Assembly: GCA_038087875.1 (NCBI GenBank)
Contig: CM075991.1
Coordinates: 6,014,001 to 6,078,000 of the forward strand
Direction of reading: 5' to 3'
Length of the DNA: 64,000 bases
DNA from: Malacoraja senta
Lineage: Eukaryota
The position numbers and the translations under genes were made by a program. This document shows, in pieces, positions 25,401 through 38,030 of this stretch. A model generated the notes under the pieces. It had not been told where the DNA came from. It ran no database searches and saw only the letters and a list, made by a program, of their open reading frames with translations. How positions within the stretch are numbered: the stretch's first letter is position 1; each line of letters starts with the position of its first letter.

Positions 25401-28400
25401 CATGTTGTTTTGCTAAAGTCGTTGATATGGACTATGAAGGGTTAATTCTTCAGCATCGATCTCTGGAGGCACGTGGAGTTACACCCTGACCGCAAGAGAA
25501 GCTCACATGTATTAATTTTCTTCGCTTTCTCTTTATTAACCCAGTCTCAGTCAACTGGTATATTATTCCTAATTCCCAGCACGTACCTACACATGTGGGG
25601 CAATATATAGCAGCCGATTGACCTCCCAACATCCAACGTCATTGGGGAAAAAAAGACAAAGTGTTGGAGGAACCCAGCAGGTCAGGCAATAACTATGGAT
25701 ATGTTCAGATAACGTTTCGGGTAAGTACGCTTCTTCAGATAGGGATGTGGGAGGCAACTGGAACGCTCGAAGTAAACTGAGAGAACGTGCAAACCCGACA
25801 TAGATAACATCGTGATCAAGGTAAGTGGGGTTTTAGTGCCACAGCTGTGCCGAGGTGCCGCCTTTGTTATCGCTCTACTTTCACTATTTTCTGGTGTCCG
25901 TAGTAAGTGTCTACTGTAGGAGGCAGCCATGAGTTGCTGGTGGCCTAGAGTAAATGTTTAGTGTGGTGGACGTGGTGCTAGTTAAGCAAGTGAACTCACA
26001 GGAGAGAATCAACCCACCGGCGTTATCCTGTGGCCAAAAACAGCCCGTCCAGACAGCGCCTCTGCCAGGAACACGAATCATAGTTTGTGTCCTAATTATC
26101 CTTGAGTTGGGCGCAACGTCTTCCAGGGATGAGAATGGGGACGCAATGGCAGTGTTGGAACAGACCTCTTGGATTTGGGATATTTCTGGAGCCAGTTCAA
26201 GACAGGACTGACCAATTAGACTTGAAGGAACACGAAATATATATATATAAAATGCTGGAGTAACAGCTGGCCAGGCAGCATCTCTGGAGAAAAGTAATAG
26301 GCGACGTTTCGAGCGAGACCCTTGTTCAAACTGAAAGTGAGAGGAAAGGGAATCGAGAGAAAAAGAAGGTACATAGAACTAATTATATGCAAAAAGCAAC
26401 GATGGACAAGGACAGGTGGAGCCCACAATGGTCCATTGATGGCTGGGGAAGGTGATAACGAGTGATACATATAGTGGAACTCGACCGGACGACAGTGAAA
26501 CTAATACGACGAGTAATGTGGAGAAGGGAGGGGGATAGGAGGGGATGCAAGGGTTACTTGAACTTAGAGACATCCATATTGATGCCGCTGGGTTGTAAGT
26601 TGTCCAAGCGAAATGTGAGGTGCTGTTCGTCCATTTAGCGTTTAGCCTCACTCTGACAATGGAGGAGGCCGAGGACAGAAAGGTCATTGTGGGAACGGGA
26701 GAGGGAGTTAAAGTGTTTCGCAACCGGGAGACGGAACACAACATTTGCTGTGGTTTCCTCGTGAGTTTTACTGGGTCAGGACTGAAACCATCAAATACAC
26801 TTCCAGGCAGGGACACGCTGGTGTCCTCCATATACCGGTTGGTAATTGCGATGTCACGCTTCCCCAGTCAGTGGTCTGGGACAGAACAGTTTTGTGATTG
26901 GAATGTTTACCAGCTCCGCCCTGCCCTGTGAGCAGACAGTTCGAGTTCGGCAGGGCATCCAGCTCCCCCACTGGGCCCCAATGGCGCCACGTCAGTTCAG
27001 TTAAGTTTATTTTATTGCCACGTATACCGAGGACAGTGAAAAGCTTGTGTTGCGTGCTAACCAGTCAGCAGAAAGACAATACATTATTACAATAGATCAA
27101 TTTACAGTTTATAGATACACTTAGATTAGATGAGATTAGATTCAACTTTATTGTCTTCAAGTACAGTACAACGAAATGCAGTATCGCATCTAACCAGGGT
27201 GCAAAGTAGTAAAGTGCAGATTAAGACAATATGTACAAAAAGTATGTACTTGTCGGTGTATGTACATAGGCATATACATATATATACAGATAGCTGTTAA
27301 GGTGGAAAAGATTGACATGTGCTGTATTCTGGTGAATAAGAGCTTAACTATAAATTATATAAACTATAAATAATATTGATGAGAATGTGCGGGGGTGCGG
27401 GGGGGGGGGGGGGGGGGGGCTAGCGCCGGGCCTGTGATTTCAGCAGGGTAATGGTGTTCCGGAAGAAGCTATTCCTTAGATTGCATGATAAGGGAATAAC
27501 GTTTTAGTGCAAGGTGAAGCTAGCAAAGGCCGATCATGGATAGCTCGAGCGCCATCAAAGAGGTAGGTCGTAGTTCACCATTGCTCTCTGGCTGTGGTGG
27601 GGTGATTCAGTTGCCTGATAAGCAGCTGGTGCTGGACCCATGAACTGTGTGGGATGGGGGAGACCTTTTGCTTTTGGCGGGGAGAAGACGGACTAAATAC
27701 CAGATGGACATCCCAATGTTGAAAATATGACTATATCCCAGCCTGTCTGTAACTTCTGTCAGTTATGTCACCACAGCAAAGAAATGTCTCCTACGTTTAA
27801 AAATAAGCTGTCACAACACTAACCCCACTCTCCTTCCCATGTCAGAAAAATCAATGGGAAACGATTGCAAAAAGTCAGCAACCTCAGGGCGGGTAAAGCG
27901 AATGTCAGTTTTTCTAGTAGTTAGGCGGTCCGGTGTCGAGAAATGTTAAATCCAAGACCAGAATATATCTATTTAAACACGACCCTAACCGTCGTCTGGT
28001 GGTCGATCAGAGGGCTGCGAATTTGTGAAGAACTGGCACTCAGTGAAAGACTAAAACGTTAAAGCGGAGAGAGAAAATTGTTTCAGTAAAAACTAAAAAG
28101 CGCAGCGGTGGAGTTGCTGCCTGACGGCGCCATAGACCCGGGTTCCATCCTCACTACGGGTGCTGTCTGCACGGAGTTTCTACATTCTCCCCATAACAGC
28201 TTGGGTTTTTTTTTATAGATAGATCTTACCTGACAACATTGCTGGACATTTTTGAGAATGTAACGAGCAGAGTTGACTCAGCAGAAGTAGTTTATTTATA
28301 TTTTCAGAAGGCACATTTCTAGGTTCCGTGTAAAAGGCTGGTGCAGACGATGGATGGTGCACAGTGTTTTAGCAGAAGCGCATTGGCATGGATTAAAAAT

Positions 28401-28776
28401 GTCTAAACACATTGACGATGGGGATGTTTTTTCTGGCTACAGAGATGTAATTTGTGGAGAGTGTCATGGAAAGATTCATTGCCTTCAATTATTTAGAGTT
28501 TATATAAATAAACTGGAAGAGGTCAAAGTATAAGATATTCAGGTCAAAGGGTAAGATATTGGCCGAAATAGTAGTAAGGTTCCTGGTAGACTTTGCCGCC
28601 CCCTCATTAAACCTCTGTCATCTTCTTGCTGACACCCCTACTCTGGGCAAAATACTCTGTACGTTCAACCTATCTATTTCACGTATGGTTTTATACACCT
28701 CTATAACATCACCGCTCTGCCTCGTGTTCTCCAATGGATTAAAGCCCTAACCTGTCCAACCTCTCCTTATAGTTCA

Positions 28777-28927
28777 CCATAACACACACAACACACACCA
28801 TAACACACACACACAGCACACACACACACACACACACAACACACAACATAACACACATACAACATACACAGAACACACACCATAACACACACAACACACA
28901 CCATAACACACACACGCACACACACAC

Positions 28928-29012
<85 letters not shown>
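28777..29012. repeat. Interrupted (CA)n microsatellite; inverted paralog at about 43860-44060
   Basis: Read directly from the sequence. Confidence 0.95.
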
Positions 29013-29013
<1 letters not shown>

Positions 29014-29265
29014 CTGCCTTTGCTGTGGACCTCGTCTATTTGCTCAAACACCTATCTTTTTTTCTTCGCACTCTCATCTCAAACTGTCCACCACATACAT
29101 TGTCAGAGCCTCCTTATTCAGACCCAATTCTAATTGAAGTGATGGATAATACAACAACATCAACTGCAGAATGTGTTTATTGTTATACAGACATTACATG
29201 TAAGAGTCAAGGCTCTCGTATCCCATTATTTCCACCTTGGAAGGGAGCTGCCTGTTCATTCCAGC

Positions 29266-32200
29266 TCATTTCCCAACAGCTCCGAACGTGGGACATTCGA
29301 TAGATGGGTTGACCTTCAATTGGACTCGATACACACAGGCTTCAGGATCCAAAACTGCTTCACAGATTTCAGAGAACAAGGTTGGTCTGATAGCCCTGAG
29401 GAATATATTATGGATGCAATAATTAGAAAACAATTCAGAATTTCGGCATTACAGGAAGGGCAGACATTGAAGGACGCCACTCGTCCCATCGGCTCCATAC
29501 TTGTTCTAGGCAGGGGTTATGCAGATTAATCCACTCCCTCGCTCTCATCGTAGACCTTTCCTTTCAACTATGGTCCAATTCTGTTTTGAATCTGCCCCCA
29601 CTACACTCCCGATCCCCGCCATTCACTCGGTAACTGAAGGGTTTCCCGTGGTCAGATTTGGCCGTCAACTTCATTCCATGTCCCCGGGATCTCTGTCTGT
29701 CTGCCAATGGGACCAGCTCCCTCCCACACTCCGAACCCTCAACAATCCTAAACTGCCCCATCTCATCCTCCACCTCCCTTCTCTCTTCCAATGAGAGCAA
29801 GACCAGATTTGTCGTTTTAACCTCACAACACATGATACCAACACCATGCTCCCTCCACACAGTCTAACCATGATGATTTCAGACACAAGGGTGTAAGCAA
29901 CAGCAGGAAACCTGCCCGCGTGTTTCATTTCATTTATTTGGTTTAGTTTAGTTTAGAAATACAACGCGGAAACAGGCCCTTCGGCCCGCCGCCTTCTCGC
30001 CGATCAGCGATCCCCGAACGTTAACAGTACACGAACTAGGGACAATTTACACTTATACCAAGCCAATACAAAATACGTCTTTGGAGTGTAGGAGGAAACT
30101 GAAAATCTCGGAGAAAACCCACGAGGTCAAGGTGAGAGACATGGAGTCATATAGCGTGGAAACTGGCCCTATGGCTCACCTTGCTCACGCCGATCAACAT
30201 GTCTCATCTACATTCGTCGCATCTGCCTAGGTTTGGTCTATATTCCTCCAAACCTGTCCGCTCCATGTACATGTCCAAATGTTTCTTAAACGTTGATATA
30301 CTGCCTGCCTCAACTACCTCCCCCGGCAGCTTGTTCCATACACCCAACATCTTTTCTGTGAAAGATTTACCATCAGCTTCAATCTTACCAGACCTTACCA
30401 GTTCAATCTTCCCCCCCTTCACTTTCAACCAATGTTCTCTGGTTCACTATTCCCCAACACTGGGCAAGAGACTCCGCGCGTCTACCCGATCTATTCCTCT
30501 TGTGATTTCATACACTGTCTCGGGTTTGTTCAGAGATGGGGAGAGCCGGTGTTCGGGCCATTCCCTCCACGACACCCATCGATTCCCAACGCATCGGCAA
30601 CCCACACGACCCCCTCCCTGGCATCGGCGACACCCACCCGAGTGCTGCGGTGTCAGTTCAGCCGTCGGGATCAGACACTATGCGGCGACCCGCGGAGGAT
30701 TACATACCGATCACAGCATTGGTAACCTGTTGTATCACAGGTACATATCAAGCAGATGGCTACGTTCCACGATTCTCCCACTTCGTGCACCGAATCGTCG
30801 ACCGTATCAATACAGACGTCGGACTCCTGGGATTCGCCCGCAGCTGTTAGTGACAAAGACATCGTGTGGTCAGTGTCGCGTCAGGGAGTGGAGTGACCCG
30901 AGGGACCGTGGTGTTGACTCAATAAAAACACACCCTGGAAATGAGCCATTCAGACTTTTGGGACGTGGCAGGGTCCGTCCCCGTTTGTACTGACCCGGAC
31001 TTGGCACTTGGCTGTACTGTGCCGTTTTAGCCCGATTCCGGCAACGGCACCCGGACCGAACACTCACAGCGGCGCTGCTGATGGAACAGATTCCTCACAG
31101 CGCCAGAGACCGGGTTCGATCCTGACCGCGGGTCTTGTCCGTGTGGTGTTTGCTCGTTCTTCCCGTATCCTACGTGGGGTTTAAACGGGTGCTCCCGTTT
31201 CCTCCCATATCCCAAAGAGGCGCTGGTTTGTCTATTAATTTTACTTCGGAGTCACGTGAGTGACTACGTGAAGAGCCCGTCCAGCACGCATGCGCGACAT
31301 TAGCGTTCACGCAGTGCAACAGCGACGACCGGGAGTACAGGCGCTCCCGCTACACGTCGGGGGAAAGGCTCATGGAGCAACTGCACCAGCGAGACTTGCT
31401 TCGGGAGCTGGAGCAGTCTCGCACAGGGGGATCAGGCACTCCCACAGCAGTGCGTTATAATGCACTGGCCATTGCTTCCCCCTCAGATGAGGGCAGCATT
31501 GGCGACCAGGGCTGGGCTGGTCACGATCAGGGGTCATTGGCTGAAGATGTCGGGAGTACGCTTGGGGTACAGATCAGGAAGAGCTGCTGGGTGTGGTGAA
31601 TCGCCACGTGGTTACACCACGAGCAGGGCGGCCATTGGAGCAAAACTGGCGGCCAGCATCAACCACCTGTCCCTCAAACCCCTACAAGACAGGTACTTAA
31701 TGAGGCACTCGAGCTGGAAAACTGCAGTTCGCTCAATGTACCGGCTGTTAACAGCCAAATCTGGGGGGGGGGGGTATGTGGGACAGAGTATCCGGAACCA
31801 GGAGCTAAAATCCTCAAGCTCCTGACGACAGGGATAACAGCCTATGCTCGTTCCGTGGATGGGGTGGATATGACCACAAACCAGCAAGACACTCTGGCTC
31901 TGCTGTGCAACACCCAATATGAAACAACCTCCGCAAGGAGAGAATAAGACCTGCCCTCAATCCCAGGTTTGCAGGACTGTGTAAAACACCGGCCTCAGAG
32001 CCGCAGATCCTATTATTTGGAAGGGCAAGTGAAAGACCTGGAGGAGAGTCCAAAGCATTTGGCCTCATGAGGGCAGGCCCCGGAACGAGCAGACCCACAC
32101 AAAAAAACAGACGGCAGTACCCCACCGCGTCCACCAGTCGAGGTCAAATTTATGGAACTGGTGAAAGCTTGGGGTCCGCATATTATCCCCGAAAGCCTTT

Positions 32201-35200
32201 TTAGGCCAGGGCCCAGAGCGGACCCCATGGAAAATGCGCCACCCCCAATCAGCGGTACATCCAGCAGTACTACGACGGATGAACAAACGGAAGAAGGAAC
32301 ACTACCATAACTATGGAGGTAGGTGGGTATGGTTCCTACCAGCATGTAAAAATGGGGGAACTGTACTAACAGGGGGAGATTACACCTGTTCATTGAAGCA
32401 TGGAGGTGTCTCACGAATGATAGTTATATACTTAACAGTATTCGGGGATACAAAATAGAGTTCATTCAAGAAAACATGCCACCAGTTCAGCACGTACCCC
32501 AAAGGGTCTTTACCCTCTCAGTCAAAAAGAACTAGAGGCTCAAGCAGAACTGGTGAGGTTACTTACAAAGGGTGTCATTGAGAAATCCAAACATGAACCT
32601 TTGGAATTTGTCTCAAATATATTTACCAAAAGCAAAAAAGATGGTGGATGTCGCTTCATCATTGAATTAACCTCACTAAATACCTTTGTTAAGTATGTAC
32701 ATTTCAAAATGGAAACATTTGTAACTGCTAAACAACTGATTTCCAAAGTATACTTTATGGCAAGTATTGATTTAAAAGATGCCTACTATTCAGTACCCAT
32801 TCACAAGGGTCATCGCAGATACCTGAAATTTACCTGGATGGGGCAACTATGGCAGTATAAAGTGTTGCCTAATGGGTTGACATCAGCCCTAGACTATTTA
32901 CCAAGATATTAAAACCAGCCTTGGCAACATTAACGAAACAAAGACATATTGTCATGGCGTATCTTGATGATATCCTAATAGTAGGCAAAACCATGGAGTT
33001 GGCTAAATCAGCTTTATTAGCTACCAAACAATTGTTTGAAACCCTGGGTTTTGTCATACATCCAGATAAATCTAAGTTGACGACATCCACAACTATGGAC
33101 TATCTGGGATTCACAATTAACTCAATCCACATGTCTGTAACGTTGCCAAAAGGTAAATCAGCAGAATTGGCACAGACGTGCAACAATTTAATGGTAAGCA
33201 ATCGACCAACCATCCGACAAGTGGCAAGAGTAATTGGCAAAATGGTAGCAGCATTTTCAGCTGCACAATTTGGACTCCTGCACTATCAGCACCTACAAAG
33301 GGCAAAAGTACAGGCGTTGAAACGACATGCAGGTCACTTTGACCGAACCATGAAACTACCCATTGAAGCAATATCAGAGTTACAATGGTGGATATAACAC
33401 ATTTGGCATAGTTCCAGCCCTATCATCATCAATAACCCAACGTTAACTATACAAACAGATGCCAGTGCTCACGGCTGGGGAGCAACTAATACCATATCCA
33501 GCACAGGTGGTAGATGGACTAACCTAGACTCATCTTCACTACAAACACTGGGCATAAATTATCTGGAAATGTTGGGTGCGTTTTATGGTTTTAAAGCATA
33601 TTCTAGGAATATGCACAACTTGCATGTTCATTTACAAATTGATAATATCACGGTGGTGGCCTATATTAACCATATGGGCGGAATAAAATCGATATCATGT
33701 GAGAAATGGGTCAACACAATCTGGTAATGGTGGGTCGATAGACATATTTGGCTATCAGCAACTTACCTACCAGGTAAGCTAAATACAGTGCCAGGTCACG
33801 CAAATTCAATGATAAACACCGAATGGATGTTAAATCCTAGAGCTTTTGCTAAAATTACAAACCAATATGGCACACCAGATATCGATCTCTTTGCATCCAG
33901 ACTAAATCGCCACGTACCAATGTATGTCCCTTGGGAACCACACCCTGAGGCAGCAGCGATAGATGCATTCGCGCTGAACTGGGGGACCTATTTCTTCTAT
34001 GCTTTTCCCCCCTTCTGCCTTAATCTGTAGGGTACTACGCAAAATACAGATGGACTCTGCTTCAGGTATTTTGATAGTACCAACTGGCCTACACAGCCAT
34101 GGTTCCCAGTGGTCCTCGACATGGTCATCGAAACTCCTATGACCTTTCCCAGTAGCCCAGACCTATTGACGCACCCTGTATCAGGCATAAGTCATCCATG
34201 CCATGACAAAATTAACCTACTGGGTTGCAGATTATCAAAAGACCACTGCTGGGACTGGGATTGTCTGACAGGACCATCAACATGATGACACCGCATGTCC
34301 ACCAGGAAACAATACCTATTGAGCATCAGGAAGTGGGAAAGATACTGCTCGACTACTGGGACAACGTTCTCATCTGCAACCATAACCAATGTACTGGAGT
34401 TCCTGGGGGGCCTTCACCATAATGAAGGATTGAGCTACAGCGCCATCAATACTGCCAGACGTGCACTGTCAGCCTACTTAAAACAGGTGCCAGGACAACA
34501 GGCCATAGGGTCTCATCCGCTGGTGATCAAACTCATGAGGAGTATCATCAACTCCAACCCTCTTAGACCTAGGTATACCCAAATCTGGGATGTCAGTGTG
34601 GTCCTGACATACCTAACGCGATGGTCCCCAGCCAGGTCTCTCACCCTGGAAAAGCTAACCCTGAAAACGGCCATGCTGATGCCACTAGTCTCAGCACAAA
34701 GAGTCCTGTCCCTCCACTTACTGCGACTGGACAACATGGTTATAACACCAGACCGGGTCTCATTCACCATTCAGGAGCTGCTAAAGCAGAGCAAGCCAGG
34801 AACTTGAGTCCTAGTTATGGATTTCCGGGCATACCCACCTGACCTACGGTTGTGTGTCATGACTCACTTATTCACTTACATCAACACAACAAGAGATTCT
34901 CGAGGGAGAAAAAAAAAATTCTTATGGGTCAGCCACAAGAAACCTCATGGTTGGGTGTCGAGCCAAACCATCTCGAGATGGCTCAAGCAGGTACTGGGAG
35001 CTGCTGGAGTAGATACTGATGTATATACATCTCACTCCACCAGGGCAGCATCCACATCGGCGGCTAAAAGAATGAACATGGAGAAAACGTTCCAACCGTT
35101 CTACCACAAGCCGCTAGCAGAACCTGTGTTATTTGCAGAAAGAGTTTTAAAATCTGCAAAAATATATAATTTAAGCCCGGGGGAGCATTTTGTCTTTTGT

Positions 35201-37729
35201 TATTGTTTAATAGATACCATTATTGTTTACAAACAGATTATGGTTGATTACGATAACATACTTCCTCCCTTGAATGACTTCGGCAGCGAGTGAAGTATGA
35301 ACTGTTACACGGTTTGAAATCACAGAGCTTTAAAATCTTCACGTAGTCACTCACGTGACTCCGAAGTAAAATAGTAAGATTAAACGAGAACCTACCAGTT
35401 TGAAGTTTGATCTGTATTTTACGAGGAGTTACGATGAGGGATTACGTGCCCTCCGCTCCCACCCTCAATTATAGATCAACTGGTATCTTAGTTCTCCTTT
35501 TCTTTACTATGTTTATTTCAATTATTGTGTTTCCTGTGATTCCACACCGCTGCTTTGAAGAATGCCGCGCATGCTGCTGGACGGGCTCTTCACGTAATCC
35601 CTCATCGTAACTCCTCATAAAATACAGATCAAACTTCAAACTGGTAAGTTCTCGTTTAATCTTACTATTATCCTTTGTAAATTGCCCCGAGTGTGTAGGA
35701 CGTTGACGAGAAAGAGGGACAGCTTGCTACAGACGACTTTGAGGCCGTCAATGGATATTTTTAAGGCAGCGATTGGCAGATACTTCAATGATACATTGTT
35801 CACATATACTTGAGTACCATAAAATGCTTTGTTTTGCATAGAAGCTGGTAAAACCATGCAGAAGACCTCACCTAGGCAGTGCACAAGTGTCCCCATGTTT
35901 AGCGCCGACAAAAATGACAACGGTTCACCGAACAGTCTGGCCTGCTGCAGCCCTGATTTTCTAACCTTCCTCACTGTGAACCTTGGACTCTTTCTCTGAA
36001 ACTGTGGGGTGTCACTCGTTATGGGAGAAGGCAGGAGAATGGGTTTGAGAGGGAAAGATAGATCGCACATGATTGAATGGCGCAGTAGACTTGATGGGCC
36101 GAATGGCCTAATTCTGCTTATAGAACTTTAAACTTATGAACGTAGAACTGGTGTGGATCAGTGATCAACGCTTGCGTGGACTAGGTGGGACGAAGGGCCT
36201 GAATCTATCCTGTATATCTAATACTGAATCTAAACCAGAGCTTCACACCGCGGGGAGTCCCATGTGGGTGAATAATATTCCGAGCTCAGTCTAAACTTGG
36301 GTACGTGTCGTCGCTGGGTAGCTGCGCGTCGTTCTGAGTAAACCCTCCACCCGTGGACAACGGCTAGTGCCTCATCTGAAGTGCGGCAGAGGTGCGCTCC
36401 CTAAGCTGGGGGTCGGTAGGGGCATGAACCTCCACTACCCTCAGACTCCAACCCGACCGAGGAACAGGCGGGGTGACAAGGGTGATGAGCGTAACGCCAT
36501 GAGTATGATGTCCTGATCAGTCCACTGTCGTTTAGGAGAGAGAGATTCAGATAGATAGATTACCGTTTGTGTTCGGTTCGAGACGGATGCAGGCGGATTC
36601 CGACAGCTGAGCTGCGAGGAGCAGCAGAGCGATGCACAGTAGTAGTTTCTGAAAAGAGGGAAGGGGGAGGGAGGGAGAGAGAGTTTAATGAGCAACGTGG
36701 TCAAGTAACTAATATACGGAGATTTCACGGCAGTCGGGTCACGACCCATGACCCGTACTGTTGCTACGCTACGCCAAGTGGATTACACGCGATGAACTGC
36801 AGGTAGGCACTTACCATTGTTTCCAGCGTAGTGGGCCCGTTAAAACCCGCCGAAATTGTCAAATTTTGCGCTGCAAATAATTATGGAAATCGGGATAAGC
36901 GTGAGAGACATTTAGCCTACTTCAGAATTCAAAAAGTGAGGAGAAATGACGGTAGATAGAAGCGAGAGCTGAAGGGACAACAACAGCCAAAGTGCTTAGC
37001 GAACATTGGCCGTTTGCTCACTGCATTTCATCAACTAGGGCATTATTTGTGTTTTTTCTTGATTCCTTTGGATCTAAAAAGTTTCAGAAGGGATAAATCT
37101 GGCTGTAAAATTTTAAAATCGCCCATGGTTCTCAAGTGGGTTTTTACATACAAAAACAAAACGCCTCTGAAGCAAAATTTACAACCAGATTTATCACTTC
37201 TGAGACTTTTTAGATACCAAAGGAATCAAGAAAAACCCCAAATAATGACTTATTGTTGATGAAATGCAGTGAGCAAACGCGATAAATCCCAATATTTTCA
37301 ATTCCGATATCTGCACGGCCAATATTCGCCAAGCACTTTAGCTGTTGTTGTCCCTTCAGCTGTCGCTTCTCTTTACATTCATTTCGCTTCACTTTTTGAA
37401 TTCTGAAGTTGGGTACATGTCCCTCACACTTACCCCGACTTCCACAATTTTTAACAGCGAAAAAATTCAACATTTTGGCGGTTTTTAACAGGTAGGAAAG
37501 TACGCGTTTCTAGCATTAATAACATATACCGGAAGTTACGTATGTCCTCCAGATGGATTGAGCGGCTCTGTGCATCAAGCCCTATGACCCGGTGACCTAA
37601 CGTGCAACCCCCCTATAAGTAATAACTGCAACCTGTCACCGTCAACCTGGAGGGTGAATATGCAGCGACTCAAAGCTTCGCCGATCCGTCTATTCAAGAC
37701 CAAGCGGTCCGATCCGTACGTACCATCAT
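29266..37729 (-). CDS. MSMB-like: MSMB-like copy E, intact, 117-118 aa: exons 37724-37729 (ATG ATG), 36564-36648, 30708-30843, 29266-29395
   Basis: MMKLLLCIALLLLAAQLSESACIRLEPNTNAAGESQESDVCIDTVDDSVHEVGESWNVAICLICTCDTTGYQCCDRAIRPTLFSEICEAVLDPEACVYRVQLKVNPSIECPTFGAVGK*. All GT-AG, phases 0/1/2, 10 mature Cys, AATAAA at 29176-29181 (-). Confidence 0.88.
32540..34200 (+). pseudogene. DIRS RT / RNase H / methyltransferase-like ORF, frameshifted
   Basis: SIDLKDAYYSVPI, VLPNGL, AYLDDILI and YLGFTI (RT); TDAS..GWG, NYLEM and IDNITVVAYINHMGG (RNase H); PDIDLFASRLN..YAFPPF (MT-like). Confidence 0.88.
34225..35150 (+). pseudogene. DIRS tyrosine recombinase, disrupted
   Basis: GLSYSAINTARRALS, HPLVIKLM, WDVSVVL, LTLKTAML..SAQR, QTISRWLK and HSTRAASTS motifs. 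Confidence 0.88.
36717..37613. mobile_element. Non-autonomous fold-back DNA element built from two inverted degenerate THAP-domain segments, in intron 1 of copy E
   Basis: TATA on both sides; empty site ttactTATAttagtt in paralog F. Imperfect TIRs ending TT(T/G)CACG. ORF 37210-37473 (-) ends RVCSLHFIN and has an inverted copy from 36855 (+). Confidence 0.75.
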
Positions 37730-37782
37730 CTCCGATCCAGGCCGGTTCTCCTCGAAGTCTGAAGTCACCTCTCTCCCGTTGA

Positions 37783-37789
37783 CTTTATT
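37783..37789 (-). promoter_or_regulatory. Candidate TATA-like element (AATAAAG) of copy E
   Basis: Homologous position to AATAAAAG of copy F, just upstream of exon 1; function is inferred. Confidence 0.35.
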
Positions 37790-38030
37790 CTCCAGTTCCA
37801 CTGCCCCGCTCCAGTTCCACTGCCCCGGTCGTTCAACTCTCTTTGCTTGCCAGCGTCAGAATGAAAGACTGAATAACAACCTGGTAATCGATGGATTTTT
37901 CTCGAGGATAGAGTCATACAATGCAGAATCAGGCCCTTCGGCCCAACTGGCCCATACCGTCCAAGATATCCCACCTAATGTGCAGGACGGATCTGCAGAT
38001 ACGCGTTTACACTGAAGATAGGCATACAAT

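Larger units (their letters stand above)
10396..28483 (+). repeat. Near-identical 9.03-kb tandem segmental duplication (10396-19425 / 19426-28483)
   Basis: Offset 9030-9031 over most of the length; junction cattgCC|ctctctcg with 2-bp CC microhomology. Confidence 0.95.
31238..35669 (+). mobile_element. Full-length decayed DIRS1-like tyrosine-recombinase retrotransposon in intron 2 of copy E
   Basis: Inverted terminal repeats (about 31265-31300 vs 35561-35596). Internal complementary region 35336-35448 matches both ends. RT, RNase H, methyltransferase-like and YR remnants present. ATT at both ends. Confidence 0.93.

Noticed and set aside
28739..29051. Cys/Val-rich ORFs (also 43864-44212, 41990-42549, 58398-58992)
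   Set aside because: These are translations of CA, GA and GATA microsatellites or purine-rich low-complexity DNA.
30181..30993. 270-aa plus-strand ORF
   Set aside because: It is antisense to a CR1 fragment and to exon 3 of copy E, with no recognisable domain.
32540..35150. Tyrosine recombinase plus methyltransferase-like plus RT as a phage or bacterial defence/retron system
   Set aside because: The domain order and the ITR/ICR structure are those of a eukaryotic DIRS element, and the context is spliceosomal genes and LINEs.
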